From assembly GCA_965217775.1 (NCBI GenBank), contig CBDCJH010000001.1, positions 80,269 to 144,268 of the forward strand: a stretch of DNA of 64,000 bases, written 5' to 3'. The notes under the pieces are model-generated. The model did not search any database. It saw nothing but the letters and a program-made list of their open reading frames with translations, and was not told where the DNA came from. This document shows positions 53,681 to 64,000 of the stretch, one piece after another; position 1 is the first letter of the stretch, and each line of letters starts with the position of its first letter. Both the position numbers and the translations under genes were made by a program. Source of the stretch: Acidobacteriota bacterium (lineage in GTDB: Bacteria > Acidobacteriota > UBA6911 > RPQK01 > JAJDTT01).

Positions 53681-54499
53681 CTATCGGAGCAGGTCTTCGA
53701 GTTGGACCGACCCCTCGGTTTTCGGATCCCGGTATTTGACGATCACCGGAGCATAGAGGGACAGGCCGTGTTGTTTCCCGAAGCCTTTTTGTACGGGCCG
53801 GGATCCGGGCACCACCACGGCGCCGGGAGGAATCTTGAGAGGAGCACCGGGCGCGGACCGGTATACGGTCTCATGGACCAGATCGTAGACCGGCGTCGAG
53901 CCCGTCAGAATGACTCCGGCGGCCAGAACCGCTTCCTGCCCGACGATGGTCCCCTCGTAGACACCGGTATTGCCGCCCACCAGGGCGTCGTCCTCCACGA
54001 TCACCGGCAGAGCCCCCACCGGCTCCAGCACGCCGCCGATCTGGCATCCGGCGCTGAGGTGCACCCGCTTCCCGATCTGGGCACAGGATCCGACCAGGGC
54101 ATGGGAATCGACCATGGTCCCCTCGTCCACATAGGCGCCGGCGTTGATGTACATGGGAGGCATGCAGGTCACGCCCGCGGCCACATGGCAACCGCGGCGG
54201 ATCGACGAGCCCCCCGGCACGATCCGGACACCCGAGGAGAGCGAGAACCGCTTCAGGGGAAACGTGTCCTTGTCGAAGTATCGGAACCCGTCATTGATGG
54301 AGACGTCGCTGAGAACCCCCATCCGGAAGCCCGCGAGAATGCCCTTCTTGACCCAGCCGTTGACTCTCCATTCACCGTCCACCTTCTCGGCCGCCCGAAC
54401 CCGTCCCGAATCCAGGTCGTCCAGGAAGGCGTCCAGGGTGACTCGATCCTGCGGAGTGAATTCCTCGGCTTCGAAAAGGCGCTCAATGGCTTGGGACAT
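53681..54499 (-). CDS. dapD: Tetrahydrodipicolinate N-succinyltransferase
   Basis: [41 protein letters not shown]. Confidence 0.95.
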   Translation of the reverse strand: MSQAIERLFEAEEFTPQDRVTLDAFLDDLDSGRVRAAEKVDGEWRVNGWVKKGILAGFRMGVLSDVSINDGFRYFDKDTFPLKRFSLSSGVRIVPGGSSIRRGCHVAAGVTCMPPMYINAGAYVDEGTMVDSHALVGSCAQIGKRVHLSAGCQIGGVLEPVGALPVIVEDDALVGGNTGVYEGTIVGQEAVLAAGVILTGSTPVYDLVHETVYRSAPGAPLKIPPGAVVVPGSRPVQKGFGKQHGLSLYAPVIVKYRDPKTEGSVQLEDLLR

Positions 54500-55379
54500 G
54501 GCACAACTCGAGGCGGTCCAGCTCCCGGTCCATCTTCTCCTTGTTTCCCGCGGCCAGGGGGCAGAGGGGCAATCGATAGGACTCGGTCAGGCGGCCCATT
54601 CGGGACAAGGCGTATTTGACCGGTATGGGGTTGGACTCCACAAAATTGAGGTTCATGAGGTGGAGATAACGATGGTGCAAGGCGCGCGCCTCGGCCAGCT
54701 CTCCCTCCCGGACCAGCGCCATCAATCGGGACATCTCCGCCGGGATCACGTTGCTGGCCACGGAGATGACTCCTTCCGCGCCCAGGCAGGCCATGGGAAA
54801 GGCCAGGCTGTCATCGCCCGAGAAGACCATGAACCCTTCGGGCCGCCGCCTCAGCAGATCCATGATCTGATCCAGATTCCCGCTGGCTTCCTTGACTCCC
54901 ACGATGTTGTCCACTCCGGCCAGGCGAAGCTGCGTATCCACCGGAATGTTGGTGCCGGTCCTTCCCGGGACGTTGTAGAACACCAGGGGGATGTCCAGGT
55001 AACGGACGACTTCGGAAAAATGCCGGAAAATTCCCTCGGGGGTCGGCTTGTTGTAATAGGGAGTCACCGAGAGGATGGCGTCCGCGCCTTCATGCTCAGC
55101 GCCCTGCGCCAGTTGGCGAGCGTAAAGGGTGTCGTTGGACCCCGCTCCGGCCACCACCGGAACCGCTCCCGAGGCCGTCTCCACACAGATCTGAATGACG
55201 TATGCATACTCCTCCTCAGTCAGGGTGACGCTCTCGCCGGTGGTCCCGCAGGGCACCAGAAAGTCGATTCCCGATTCGATCTGCCACTCCACCAACTTGC
55301 GGTAGGCGTCCACATCCACGTCACGGTGAGACGTGAAGGGGGTGACCAGGGCGGTTCCACAGCCTTTCAGTTCAATCAT
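54483..55379 (-). CDS. dapA: 4-hydroxy-tetrahydrodipicolinate synthase
   Basis: [42 protein letters not shown]. Confidence 0.96.
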   Translation of the reverse strand: MIELKGCGTALVTPFTSHRDVDVDAYRKLVEWQIESGIDFLVPCGTTGESVTLTEEEYAYVIQICVETASGAVPVVAGAGSNDTLYARQLAQGAEHEGADAILSVTPYYNKPTPEGIFRHFSEVVRYLDIPLVFYNVPGRTGTNIPVDTQLRLAGVDNIVGVKEASGNLDQIMDLLRRRPEGFMVFSGDDSLAFPMACLGAEGVISVASNVIPAEMSRLMALVREGELAEARALHHRYLHLMNLNFVESNPIPVKYALSRMGRLTESYRLPLCPLAAGNKEKMDRELDRLELCHVPSH

Positions 55380-56070
55380 TTTGCTCTCCGAAAACGGCAT
55401 CCTCGAATGCGTGGAAGCCCTGCTTGCCCTGGATCCACCGGCCGGCAAAGAGAGCGCCACGGGCGAACCCGCCGCGGCTGCGAGCCTGGTGCTCCAGCGT
55501 GATGGTATCCACCGCCGAGTCGAAACCGGCGACGTGAATTCCGGGGAAATGTCCCGCCCGGACGCTGACGGCGTTGACGGCGCGACCGTAACACTCACCC
55601 AGGATCTTCTCCATGGTGAAGGCGGTGCCCGACGGCGCGTCCAGCTTCCGGACGTGGTGGGTCTCCACCAGGTAGGGGTGGTATTCCTCGAACCTGGAGA
55701 ACATCTCACCCGCGCGGCGGGTCAACCGAAAGAAGATCTGCACGCCCAGGCTGAAGTTGCCCGCGTAGACGCACGCGCCGCCGCCCCGGATCACCGAGTC
55801 CCGGACCTTGTCGATCTGGTCGTACCACCCGGTCGTCCCGACGACGATGGGAATCCCGCAACGGACGGCATTCACCACGTTCATTGGAACGATGTGCGCC
55901 GTCGAGAAATCCATGATGACGTCCGTCCGGGCGACCCAATCGCCCGAGAAACCCGCCTCCAACGGGTTCTCGTCGATATCCATCCAGGAGACGATCTCGT
56001 CTCCCGCCTCTTGTGCGGCCGCCTCGATGGCCCTCCCCATCTTTCCGTAGCCGATCAACGTGATGTTCAT
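55372..56070 (-). CDS. dapB: 4-hydroxy-tetrahydrodipicolinate reductase
   Basis: IGYGKMG, VGTTGW, NFSLGV, ETHHVRKLDAPSGTA, FARGA. Confidence 0.95.
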   Translation of the reverse strand: MNITLIGYGKMGRAIEAAAQEAGDEIVSWMDIDENPLEAGFSGDWVARTDVIMDFSTAHIVPMNVVNAVRCGIPIVVGTTGWYDQIDKVRDSVIRGGGACVYAGNFSLGVQIFFRLTRRAGEMFSRFEEYHPYLVETHHVRKLDAPSGTAFTMEKILGECYGRAVNAVSVRAGHFPGIHVAGFDSAVDTITLEHQARSRGGFARGALFAGRWIQGKQGFHAFEDAVFGEQND

Positions 56071-56123
56071 GTCCACCCCGGACTTTCTCGAAAGTCAATG
56101 GACGCCGGAACCGCGACCCGCCC

Positions 56124-57506
56124 TTAGTTGACGGACTCGAACAACTCCGGGTCCGGCTGCCGGAAAAACTCATTGTGGAGTAGCCGGACGGCCTCCTCCA
56201 TTGTGTCTTCCGCAACCAGAAATGTCATGTTGATCCGCGACGCCCCTTGGGAGATCATTTGAACGTTGATCCCCTCCAGAGCCCCGAAGATCCGCGACGC
56301 GATCCCGGGGGTTTCCTTCACGTCCTCGCCCACGGTGCAGATGATGGCCATGTCGGGCGCCACCCGGATCTCGCCGAACTCCGCCAGATCGCTGCCGATC
56401 GCCTCCAGCTCCTGCGAGGAATCGACCGTCAGGGAGACGTTGACCTCGGAAGTGGCCACCACGTCCACCACCGTTTCGTGAGTCTCGAACACCTCGAAGA
56501 TCCGGCGCAGGAAGCCGTAAGAGAGCAGCATCTGGGTGGACAGGATGTTGACGATGGTGATGCCCCGCTTGCAGGCAATGGACTTGATGGGACTGGAGGA
56601 GGAGACGGGGGCCGCGGAAATGAAGGTCCCCGGCTGGTCGATCTGCCTGGAGTTGCAGACGTGCACGGGGATGTCCCGGTTGATGGCCGGCGTCAGCGTG
56701 CTGGGATGGAGCACCTTGGCCCCGAAGTAGGCCAACTCGGCTGCTTCCGCGAAGGAGATGGCGCGAATCTTGTAGACGTCCGGAACGATCCGGGGGTCCG
56801 CGGTGAGAACACCCGGAACATCGGTCCAGATCTGGATGTCCTCGGCATCCAGCGCGGCTCCGATCAGGGAGGCCGTGTAATCGGACCCTCCGCGCCCGAT
56901 GGTGGTCGTGACCCCGTCTACCGTGGAGCCGATGAAGCCCGGCGCGACGACCACTTTTCCCGCCCGCAGCCGAGGCAGGAGCTGTTCCCGGACGCAACTC
57001 CGGGTGAGTTCCTGCAAGACGGCGGCCTTGGTGAAGTGGTCGTCGGTTCGGATCAGATCTCGTGAGTCGACCAACTCGGCAGGGATTCCGTTTTCCCTGA
57101 GGACTTCAGAGAAAATCAGCGTACTCAAGCGTTCGCCGAAGGACCCGACACGGTCCATGCTCCGGGGACTGGTCTCGCCCAGAAGATAGAGTCCCTGCAC
57201 GATATCGGTCATCTCCTGGAAGAGGGCCGCCAGCGACGTTTCCACACTCTTCCAGCGGGGGCCCGAGAGGAGCTCCCGCGCCACCGTCTCATGCAACGCG
57301 CTCAGGTCGTCCCTTGTCGCCCACGCGGAATCGATATCCCCGGACGAGGCGGTTCGAGCCATCTCCAGCAGGCCATTGGTGGTCTTGCCCATGGCGGACA
57401 AGACCACGACCTCGCCCCGGGACAATTGGCGCCGGATCACCTGGACGGCCCGCGTCACCGCGTCCGTGCCTTGAACTGACGTCCCGCCGAACTTGAGAAC
57501 GATCAC
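56124..57506 (-). CDS. lysC: Aspartate kinase
   Basis: VLKFGGTSV, GERLS, TTIGRGGSD, WTDVPG..ADPR, GAKVLHP, ACT domains. Confidence 0.96.
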   Translation of the reverse strand: MIVLKFGGTSVQGTDAVTRAVQVIRRQLSRGEVVVLSAMGKTTNGLLEMARTASSGDIDSAWATRDDLSALHETVARELLSGPRWKSVETSLAALFQEMTDIVQGLYLLGETSPRSMDRVGSFGERLSTLIFSEVLRENGIPAELVDSRDLIRTDDHFTKAAVLQELTRSCVREQLLPRLRAGKVVVAPGFIGSTVDGVTTTIGRGGSDYTASLIGAALDAEDIQIWTDVPGVLTADPRIVPDVYKIRAISFAEAAELAYFGAKVLHPSTLTPAINRDIPVHVCNSRQIDQPGTFISAAPVSSSSPIKSIACKRGITIVNILSTQMLLSYGFLRRIFEVFETHETVVDVVATSEVNVSLTVDSSQELEAIGSDLAEFGEIRVAPDMAIICTVGEDVKETPGIASRIFGALEGINVQMISQGASRINMTFLVAEDTMEEAVRLLHNEFFRQPDPELFESVN

Positions 57507-57676
57507 AGCTTCATCTCACGCGATTTCGAGAAACCGTAATATACCCCGAATCCGTCACGGGAGATCCAACGATTACTCTAACGGCGACGACGGAAAAAGA
57601 ACGGAATGGCCCGCAGCAAGTCAACACTCACTGCACGGGAAGGAACCCATGGTGCCTGGGAATAAGCACCGGGAAG

Positions 57677-57694
57677 AAAAAAAAGTGTCCCAAG
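57677..57694 (-). terminator. 3' end of the candidate ncRNA: closing stem strand plus U8 tract
   Basis: Minus strand CTTGGGACAC-TTTTTTTT. Confidence 0.6.
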
Positions 57695-58154
57695 TGATAT
57701 TCGCTCGTTGCACTGCCTCGGAAGGCACTGTCTCCCGACCCGAATGGGGCCAGTTTCCGTGCCCCCAAGTGGAGCATCTGCCGCCGTGTTCGACCAAGTC
57801 CCGAAGGAACCTGCCCTTGCCCCTGACGACTTCCGCTCCTCTCCAGGGGGGCCGTCCTTCATTGAGGTTCCCCGGTAACAACCGGTTCACGCCAATCCGA
57901 AGCAACCCGCCGCCCTGGAGCCGCACCCCCGAAAGCAGCCTCTGAACACCCGCCTTCGCTACCCTCGCCCGAAGGCTCCGGCAGATCCGGCGCGCCTCTT
58001 CGGCGCTTGCCCCTCAATCGATCAAAACCGGCTGAGGAACTCGCCCGCCCGCCACTGGCCGCCTCCCCACCTTCAAGGCCGAAACCCTGGAGCCGGATCG
58101 ACCGCTTGCGACCGGCGCCGCCTCGGGGCCAACTTGCGTTTACCCCTTGGGACA
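57686..58154 (-). ncRNA. Candidate large (~470 nt) structured non-coding RNA, family unrecognised
   Basis: 5' UGUCCCAAG pairs with 3' CUUGGGACA; promoter directly upstream; U8 directly downstream; many UUCG/GNRA hairpins; no credible ORF. Confidence 0.7.
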
Positions 58155-58160
58155 AGGGAG

Positions 58161-58188
58161 ATTCTATGCCTTTCTCCGAACTGCGCAA
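58161..58188 (-). promoter_or_regulatory. Sigma70-like promoter of the candidate ncRNA
   Basis: TTGCGC-N16-TAGAAT; predicted start ~58154 coincides with the first base of the terminal stem. Confidence 0.65.
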
Positions 58189-58222
58189 CCAGAAATTTCA
58201 CCAAGAAATTGAGCCTTTTCCT

Positions 58223-58308
58223 TGTGGATTTCGGCTGCAAGACCCTATCCGCAATAGCAACTTCACTTATGGTTCATACAGTCACAATTTATCCACACCT
58301 TGTCCACA
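58223..58308. promoter_or_regulatory. DnaA-box cluster in an AT-rich intergenic patch
   Basis: TTATCCACA (58289-58297), TTGTCCACA (58300-58308), degenerate TGTGGATTT (58223) and CTATCCGCA (58245). Confidence 0.5.
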
Positions 58309-58656
58309 TGCCTTTGAAATCGCCCCCCAAACCCATCCTCGCAGTTTTTTTCAGGGACATCTTCCCAAGACAACATTATACCGATATGGTTGTTTTAAAT
58401 TCCGACTTTTTCTTCCTGGACCCCTGACAAAAAATTGACGATGCCATTTTCAGACACGCCTCATGTATGAAATGGAGTCCGCGAAACATCGCGGATTCGA
58501 TATCGGCGGGCTGGCGGACGCTCGTGGGTATACTCGACATCTTCTGGTGGTATCCGGGGAACCCCGGGGCGGATGGCGGGTTGATGCGTCGCGGATAGTA
58601 TCGTCGATCCATTCGAACCGGGTGCGTGACCCGCTGTACGAGAGCGCAGGCGCAAC

Positions 58657-59121
58657 GTGGAAGACCGACCGAATCGCATCGTCTCGGGAGGACAAACGGG
58701 AGTCGACCGGGCGGCTCTGGACGTGGCTCTGGAGCTTTCGCTCGATTGCGGCGGCTGGTGCCCGAGGGGCCGCCGCGCCGAGGACGGTCCTCTCGATCCC
58801 CGCTATCCGCTCCGGGAGACGCCTCTCCGTCGATACCACCAGAGAACCGACTGGAACGTTCGAGATTCGAACGGGACTCTCATCCTGTTCCGGACCCGAG
58901 TGGACGGCGGCACCCGGCTCACCTGGGTCCGAGCCCGGCGCCGAGGGCGGCCCTGCCGGCGGGTGGACCTGGACCAGGATCCCGGAACCGAACCGGTCAT
59001 GGAATGGATCCGGCGGCACCGGATCCGGGTTTTGAACGTGGCGGGTCCCCGGGAGAGCTCCAGTCCTGGCGTCTACGACCGGGCCAGGGCGTTTCTACTC
59101 AGACTGCTGGGGAACCTTTGA
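58657..59121 (+). CDS. SLOG-family (YpsA-like, putative molybdenum carrier) protein
   Basis: IVSGGQTGVDRAALD, GGWCPRGRRAEDG, RT.WNVRDS.GT, LNVAGPRES. Confidence 0.88.
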   Translation: MEDRPNRIVSGGQTGVDRAALDVALELSLDCGGWCPRGRRAEDGPLDPRYPLRETPLRRYHQRTDWNVRDSNGTLILFRTRVDGGTRLTWVRARRRGRPCRRVDLDQDPGTEPVMEWIRRHRIRVLNVAGPRESSSPGVYDRARAFLLRLLGNL

Positions 59122-60013
59122 CGGGGAAGAGCCGCTCGAAGTTGGCGGACTGAATCTTGCGGCGGCCGTCCCGGTCCAAGCCAACTTGCTTCAAGATCCG
59201 GGACTGCGCTTCCCAGAGCGGGCTTTGCCAGCCCCGCGGAAAGAATGAAGAGTCGGTTCCAAACAGAATCCGGTCCGGACCCAGGATCTCGAGGGAGCGG
59301 GCGAAGACCTGCTCCAGGGTCAACCCGGAGTATCGAATCCAGGAATTGGAGCTGGACGTGTCCAGATGGACGTTGGGACAGAGATCTCCCAGCATGAGGG
59401 CCTCGCGGAACATCCCGGCCCCAAAGTGAGGGAGAATGAACGGCAGATTGGGCCAAGCCAGCGCCAACGGATGAACGTTCAAGGGATTCGAATATCTGAG
59501 GTCGAATCGGGCCGGCAATCCCAGCTTCTTCCGGGCCCCCACCGTCAGTACGCCACAATGAATGAAGAGCGCGGTGCCGGGCACGGACGCCACCCGCTCG
59601 ACCAGGCGAAGCACCCGCGGGTCCGAGAGTTCATACCCGTGCATTCCGGGGAACAGACAGGCACAACGGAGCCCCAGCTCGGTGACCGCCCGGGTCACCC
59701 GTTCCGCGGCCGCCTGCCGCGTCGGGTCCACCATGAAGAAGCCGACAAAGCGTCCCGGATGCCGGTCCACGGCTGCCGCCACCGACTCTTCGTCTTCCGG
59801 GACGCTGGCGATGATCGCCGCCCGGCCGACCTGGTGGCGATCCAACTCCGCAACCCAACGGTCCGCCAACTCCCCGCTGGAGCCGGGCGGATCCCATGCC
59901 AGGATTCGGCAGGCGTCGCCCACGGGGTCGTCCCCCCGGATTCCTCTTTCACCAGCCAGCGTCCGGATAAAGTTCCGGGAGAAGAAATGGCAATGCGCGT
60001 CATTCGGTTTCAT
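59099..60013 (-). CDS. Amidohydrolase family 2 protein
   Basis: DAHCH, FIHCG, PHFGAG, NVHLDTS, RILFGTDS. Confidence 0.88.
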   Translation of the reverse strand: MKPNDAHCHFFSRNFIRTLAGERGIRGDDPVGDACRILAWDPPGSSGELADRWVAELDRHQVGRAAIIASVPEDEESVAAAVDRHPGRFVGFFMVDPTRQAAAERVTRAVTELGLRCACLFPGMHGYELSDPRVLRLVERVASVPGTALFIHCGVLTVGARKKLGLPARFDLRYSNPLNVHPLALAWPNLPFILPHFGAGMFREALMLGDLCPNVHLDTSSSNSWIRYSGLTLEQVFARSLEILGPDRILFGTDSSFFPRGWQSPLWEAQSRILKQVGLDRDGRRKIQSANFERLFPVKGSPAV

Positions 60014-60206
60014 GGCACTTCCCTTCTGAGAAACAGAGGAAATAGGAAAGAGAAAAGAGGAAAGAATGAAGACAGGAGGGTCGTTTCCGCCCAGCGGGCC
60101 CGGCAGGGGAGATGGCCTCGTCGAGGACGCGGGAGCCGGATAAACGCGATACGTGTTTCTCCTACACGTCCGCCGGACCGGGCCGGTGGGGGAGCATTCC
60201 TATCCA

Positions 60207-60935
60207 TTACAGGATCTGAATCAGGACCACGGAGACATTGTCCAATCCACCTTTGAAGTTGGCGGCTTGCACCAGGTGACGGGCCCTGGCACGCACGGAT
60301 CCGGATCGGCAAACGTCTTCGATCTCACCATCTCCGACCTGATCGCTCAAGCCGTCGGTGCAGAGCAGAAAGAGATCTCCGGGTCGGACGTCCACGGCAA
60401 AAATATCCGCCTCGACGGGAGGGCTCAGCCCCAGCGCCTGTTCCACGATATGTTTGTGCGGGTGCCGGCGAGCCTGCTCCTTGGAGAGTAGACCCTTCCG
60501 GTAGAGCCGGAATACCGGCGAGTGATCCGTCGTCAGTTGGTCCAGTCTCTGATTTCGGCACCGGTATACACGACTATCGCCCACGTGTCCGATCCAGGCC
60601 TCTTCCGGCGCCGGACCGGATAGCAGGAGCGCGCTGAGAGTCGTTCCCATTCCTTTGCGCGCCGGGTGGGCCACCTGGTCCCGGTAAACCCCCTCGTCCG
60701 CTTGGCGGATGGCCTCGCTCAACGCCGCTGCCGGGGGCAGGACACCTCTTGCCATCACGCGCCGGAAGACCGTAGCCGCCAGCGCACTGGCCACTTCTCC
60801 GGCGGCATGCCCTCCCATCCCGTCGCACACTCCGAACAAATGATGTTCCGGAGACTCGATCAGGGTGTCTTCGTTCACGGGGCGCACCCAGCCCACGTGG
60901 GTCGCGCAGTGGTGCCGGTAGCCGGGAGTCTTCAT
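60207..60935 (-). CDS. PP2C-family Ser/Thr phosphatase
   Basis: VR.VNED, CDGMGGHAAGEVAS, GMGTT, HVGDSR, LCTDGL, GGLDN. Confidence 0.93.
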   Translation of the reverse strand: MKTPGYRHHCATHVGWVRPVNEDTLIESPEHHLFGVCDGMGGHAAGEVASALAATVFRRVMARGVLPPAAALSEAIRQADEGVYRDQVAHPARKGMGTTLSALLLSGPAPEEAWIGHVGDSRVYRCRNQRLDQLTTDHSPVFRLYRKGLLSKEQARRHPHKHIVEQALGLSPPVEADIFAVDVRPGDLFLLCTDGLSDQVGDGEIEDVCRSGSVRARARHLVQAANFKGGLDNVSVVLIQIL

Positions 60936-60945
60936 CTCAGGAAAG

Positions 60946-61185
60946 TCACGGCAACGAATTCAAACCCTCGGGGCCATCCAACAGACGCAGATGGCACTGG
61001 ACCAGCCCGTAGACGATCAACACCAGCAGAATCCAGGCCCCCACCTTCTTCCAGGGTGGGTGGGTGAGTTGAACCCCGCAGTAGGGACACCACGTGCTGC
61101 GCCGGCTCAAGGTATACCGGCACTCCGGACAGGCCTCCAGGGATTCAGGTGCCGACTTGCGACCAGGTTTCACAACAAATCCCAT
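60946..61185 (-). CDS. Small zinc-ribbon plus TM protein
   Basis: CPEC..CPYCG followed by a hydrophobic helix; lies between ligA and the PP2C gene. Confidence 0.6.
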   Translation of the reverse strand: MGFVVKPGRKSAPESLEACPECRYTLSRRSTWCPYCGVQLTHPPWKKVGAWILLVLIVYGLVQCHLRLLDGPEGLNSLP

Positions 61186-61255
61186 CCGATTCAACGCAGT
61201 CCGGACGCTCCCGGCGGCTGCCGCCGGGGTGTTGGACCGGCGAGGCTGCTCGCGG

Positions 61256-63612
<2,357 letters not shown>

Positions 63613-63629
63613 GAGATCGTCCGCGAAGC

Positions 63630-63739
63630 GGAGCGGCGGTTTCCTAACCGCCGAACTCCCGAGTATCAACACACCAAGAGAGCTTGGGGAACCGGCGTAC
63701 GGGCGAAAAGAGGAATGGGCGATTGGAAATCGCCCCTCC
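63630..63739. repeat. REPIN-like inverted doublet of GGAG-headed palindromes
   Basis: GGAGCGGCGGTTTCCTAACCGCCG (+, 63630-63653) and GGAGGGGCGATTTCCAATCGCCC (-, 63717-63739). Confidence 0.6.
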
Positions 63740-63921
63740 GATCGGGAGTGGAACCAGGGTTGGCGTGTCCTGTCGGGACTTGTAAGGAGGGGAGAATACC
63801 CCTGATCCCACTCCCTGCATAGTTTGATGCCGTTACACCGGAAAAGGTTTTAAGAACTTTTCATGGCACGCCCGGCGACCCGCTCTTGCGGCGCGGAAGA
63901 TCGTGTAGGATGAGGCCCTCC

Positions 63922-64000
63922 ATGCCGTTGGAACAGGAACGTCAGTCCGGTCGCAACTGGGCGCAGCCCGTCGTCCTGATCTCGCTCATCGGGCAGATCG
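63922..64000 (+). CDS. Probable membrane protein, 5' fragment
   Basis: ATG then MPLEQERQSGRNWAQPVVLISLIGQI, running off the edge. Confidence 0.35.
   Translation, partial: MPLEQERQSGRNWAQPVVLISLIGQI

Noticed and set aside
57686-58154. RNase P RNA, tmRNA, SRP RNA or lysine riboswitch identity for the large RNA
   Set aside because: An AGUGCAAC resembles an RNase P segment, but GAGGAAAGUCC and the 3' ACARAA..GCUUA are absent; there is no tRNA-like end, no SRP domain IV motif, and it is far longer than a lysine riboswitch.
60025-60080. Purine-rich AGAGGAAA-like tract (similar one at 18810-18850)
   Set aside because: Low-complexity sequence with no regular unit or supportable function.

Overview
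GC-rich bacterial chromosomal window; the gene content resembles Acidobacteriota (inference only). From left to right: (1) a copper/silver island (0.7-13.1 kb) with a Cu P1B-ATPase and a sensor kinase plus sigma54 NtrC-type regulator, divergent from a sigma54-promoted TolC/CusB/CusA operon with two uncharacterised His/Cys-rich accessory genes; (2) sugar-acid and general metabolism (gnd, gluconokinase, GalU-like + glucuronokinase-like pair, oxidoreductases, CinA-like, SOD, threonine synthase); (3) a decaying toxin-antitoxin island (40.5-49.0 kb) at the 3' side of tRNA-Phe, punctuated by seven direct copies of an 18-bp GGGGACAGTCAC motif and carrying an intact IS4-family element; (4) hsp20, iscS/iscU-like, a lysC-dapB-dapA-dapD-aminotransferase operon, a PP2C phosphatase and ligA. 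The most striking unexplained feature is a ~470-nt non-coding minus-strand region (58154->57686) with its own sigma70-like promoter, base-paired 5'/3' ends, many tetraloop hairpins and a U8 tail. It looks like a large structured ncRNA that matches no housekeeping RNA I recognise, and it lies next to an AT-rich patch with DnaA boxes. Also notable: a ~160-bp MITE inserted in frame into the TolC signal peptide (second copy at 38.8 kb) and REP/REPIN-like doublets. All calls are by eye; no searches or folding programs were run.
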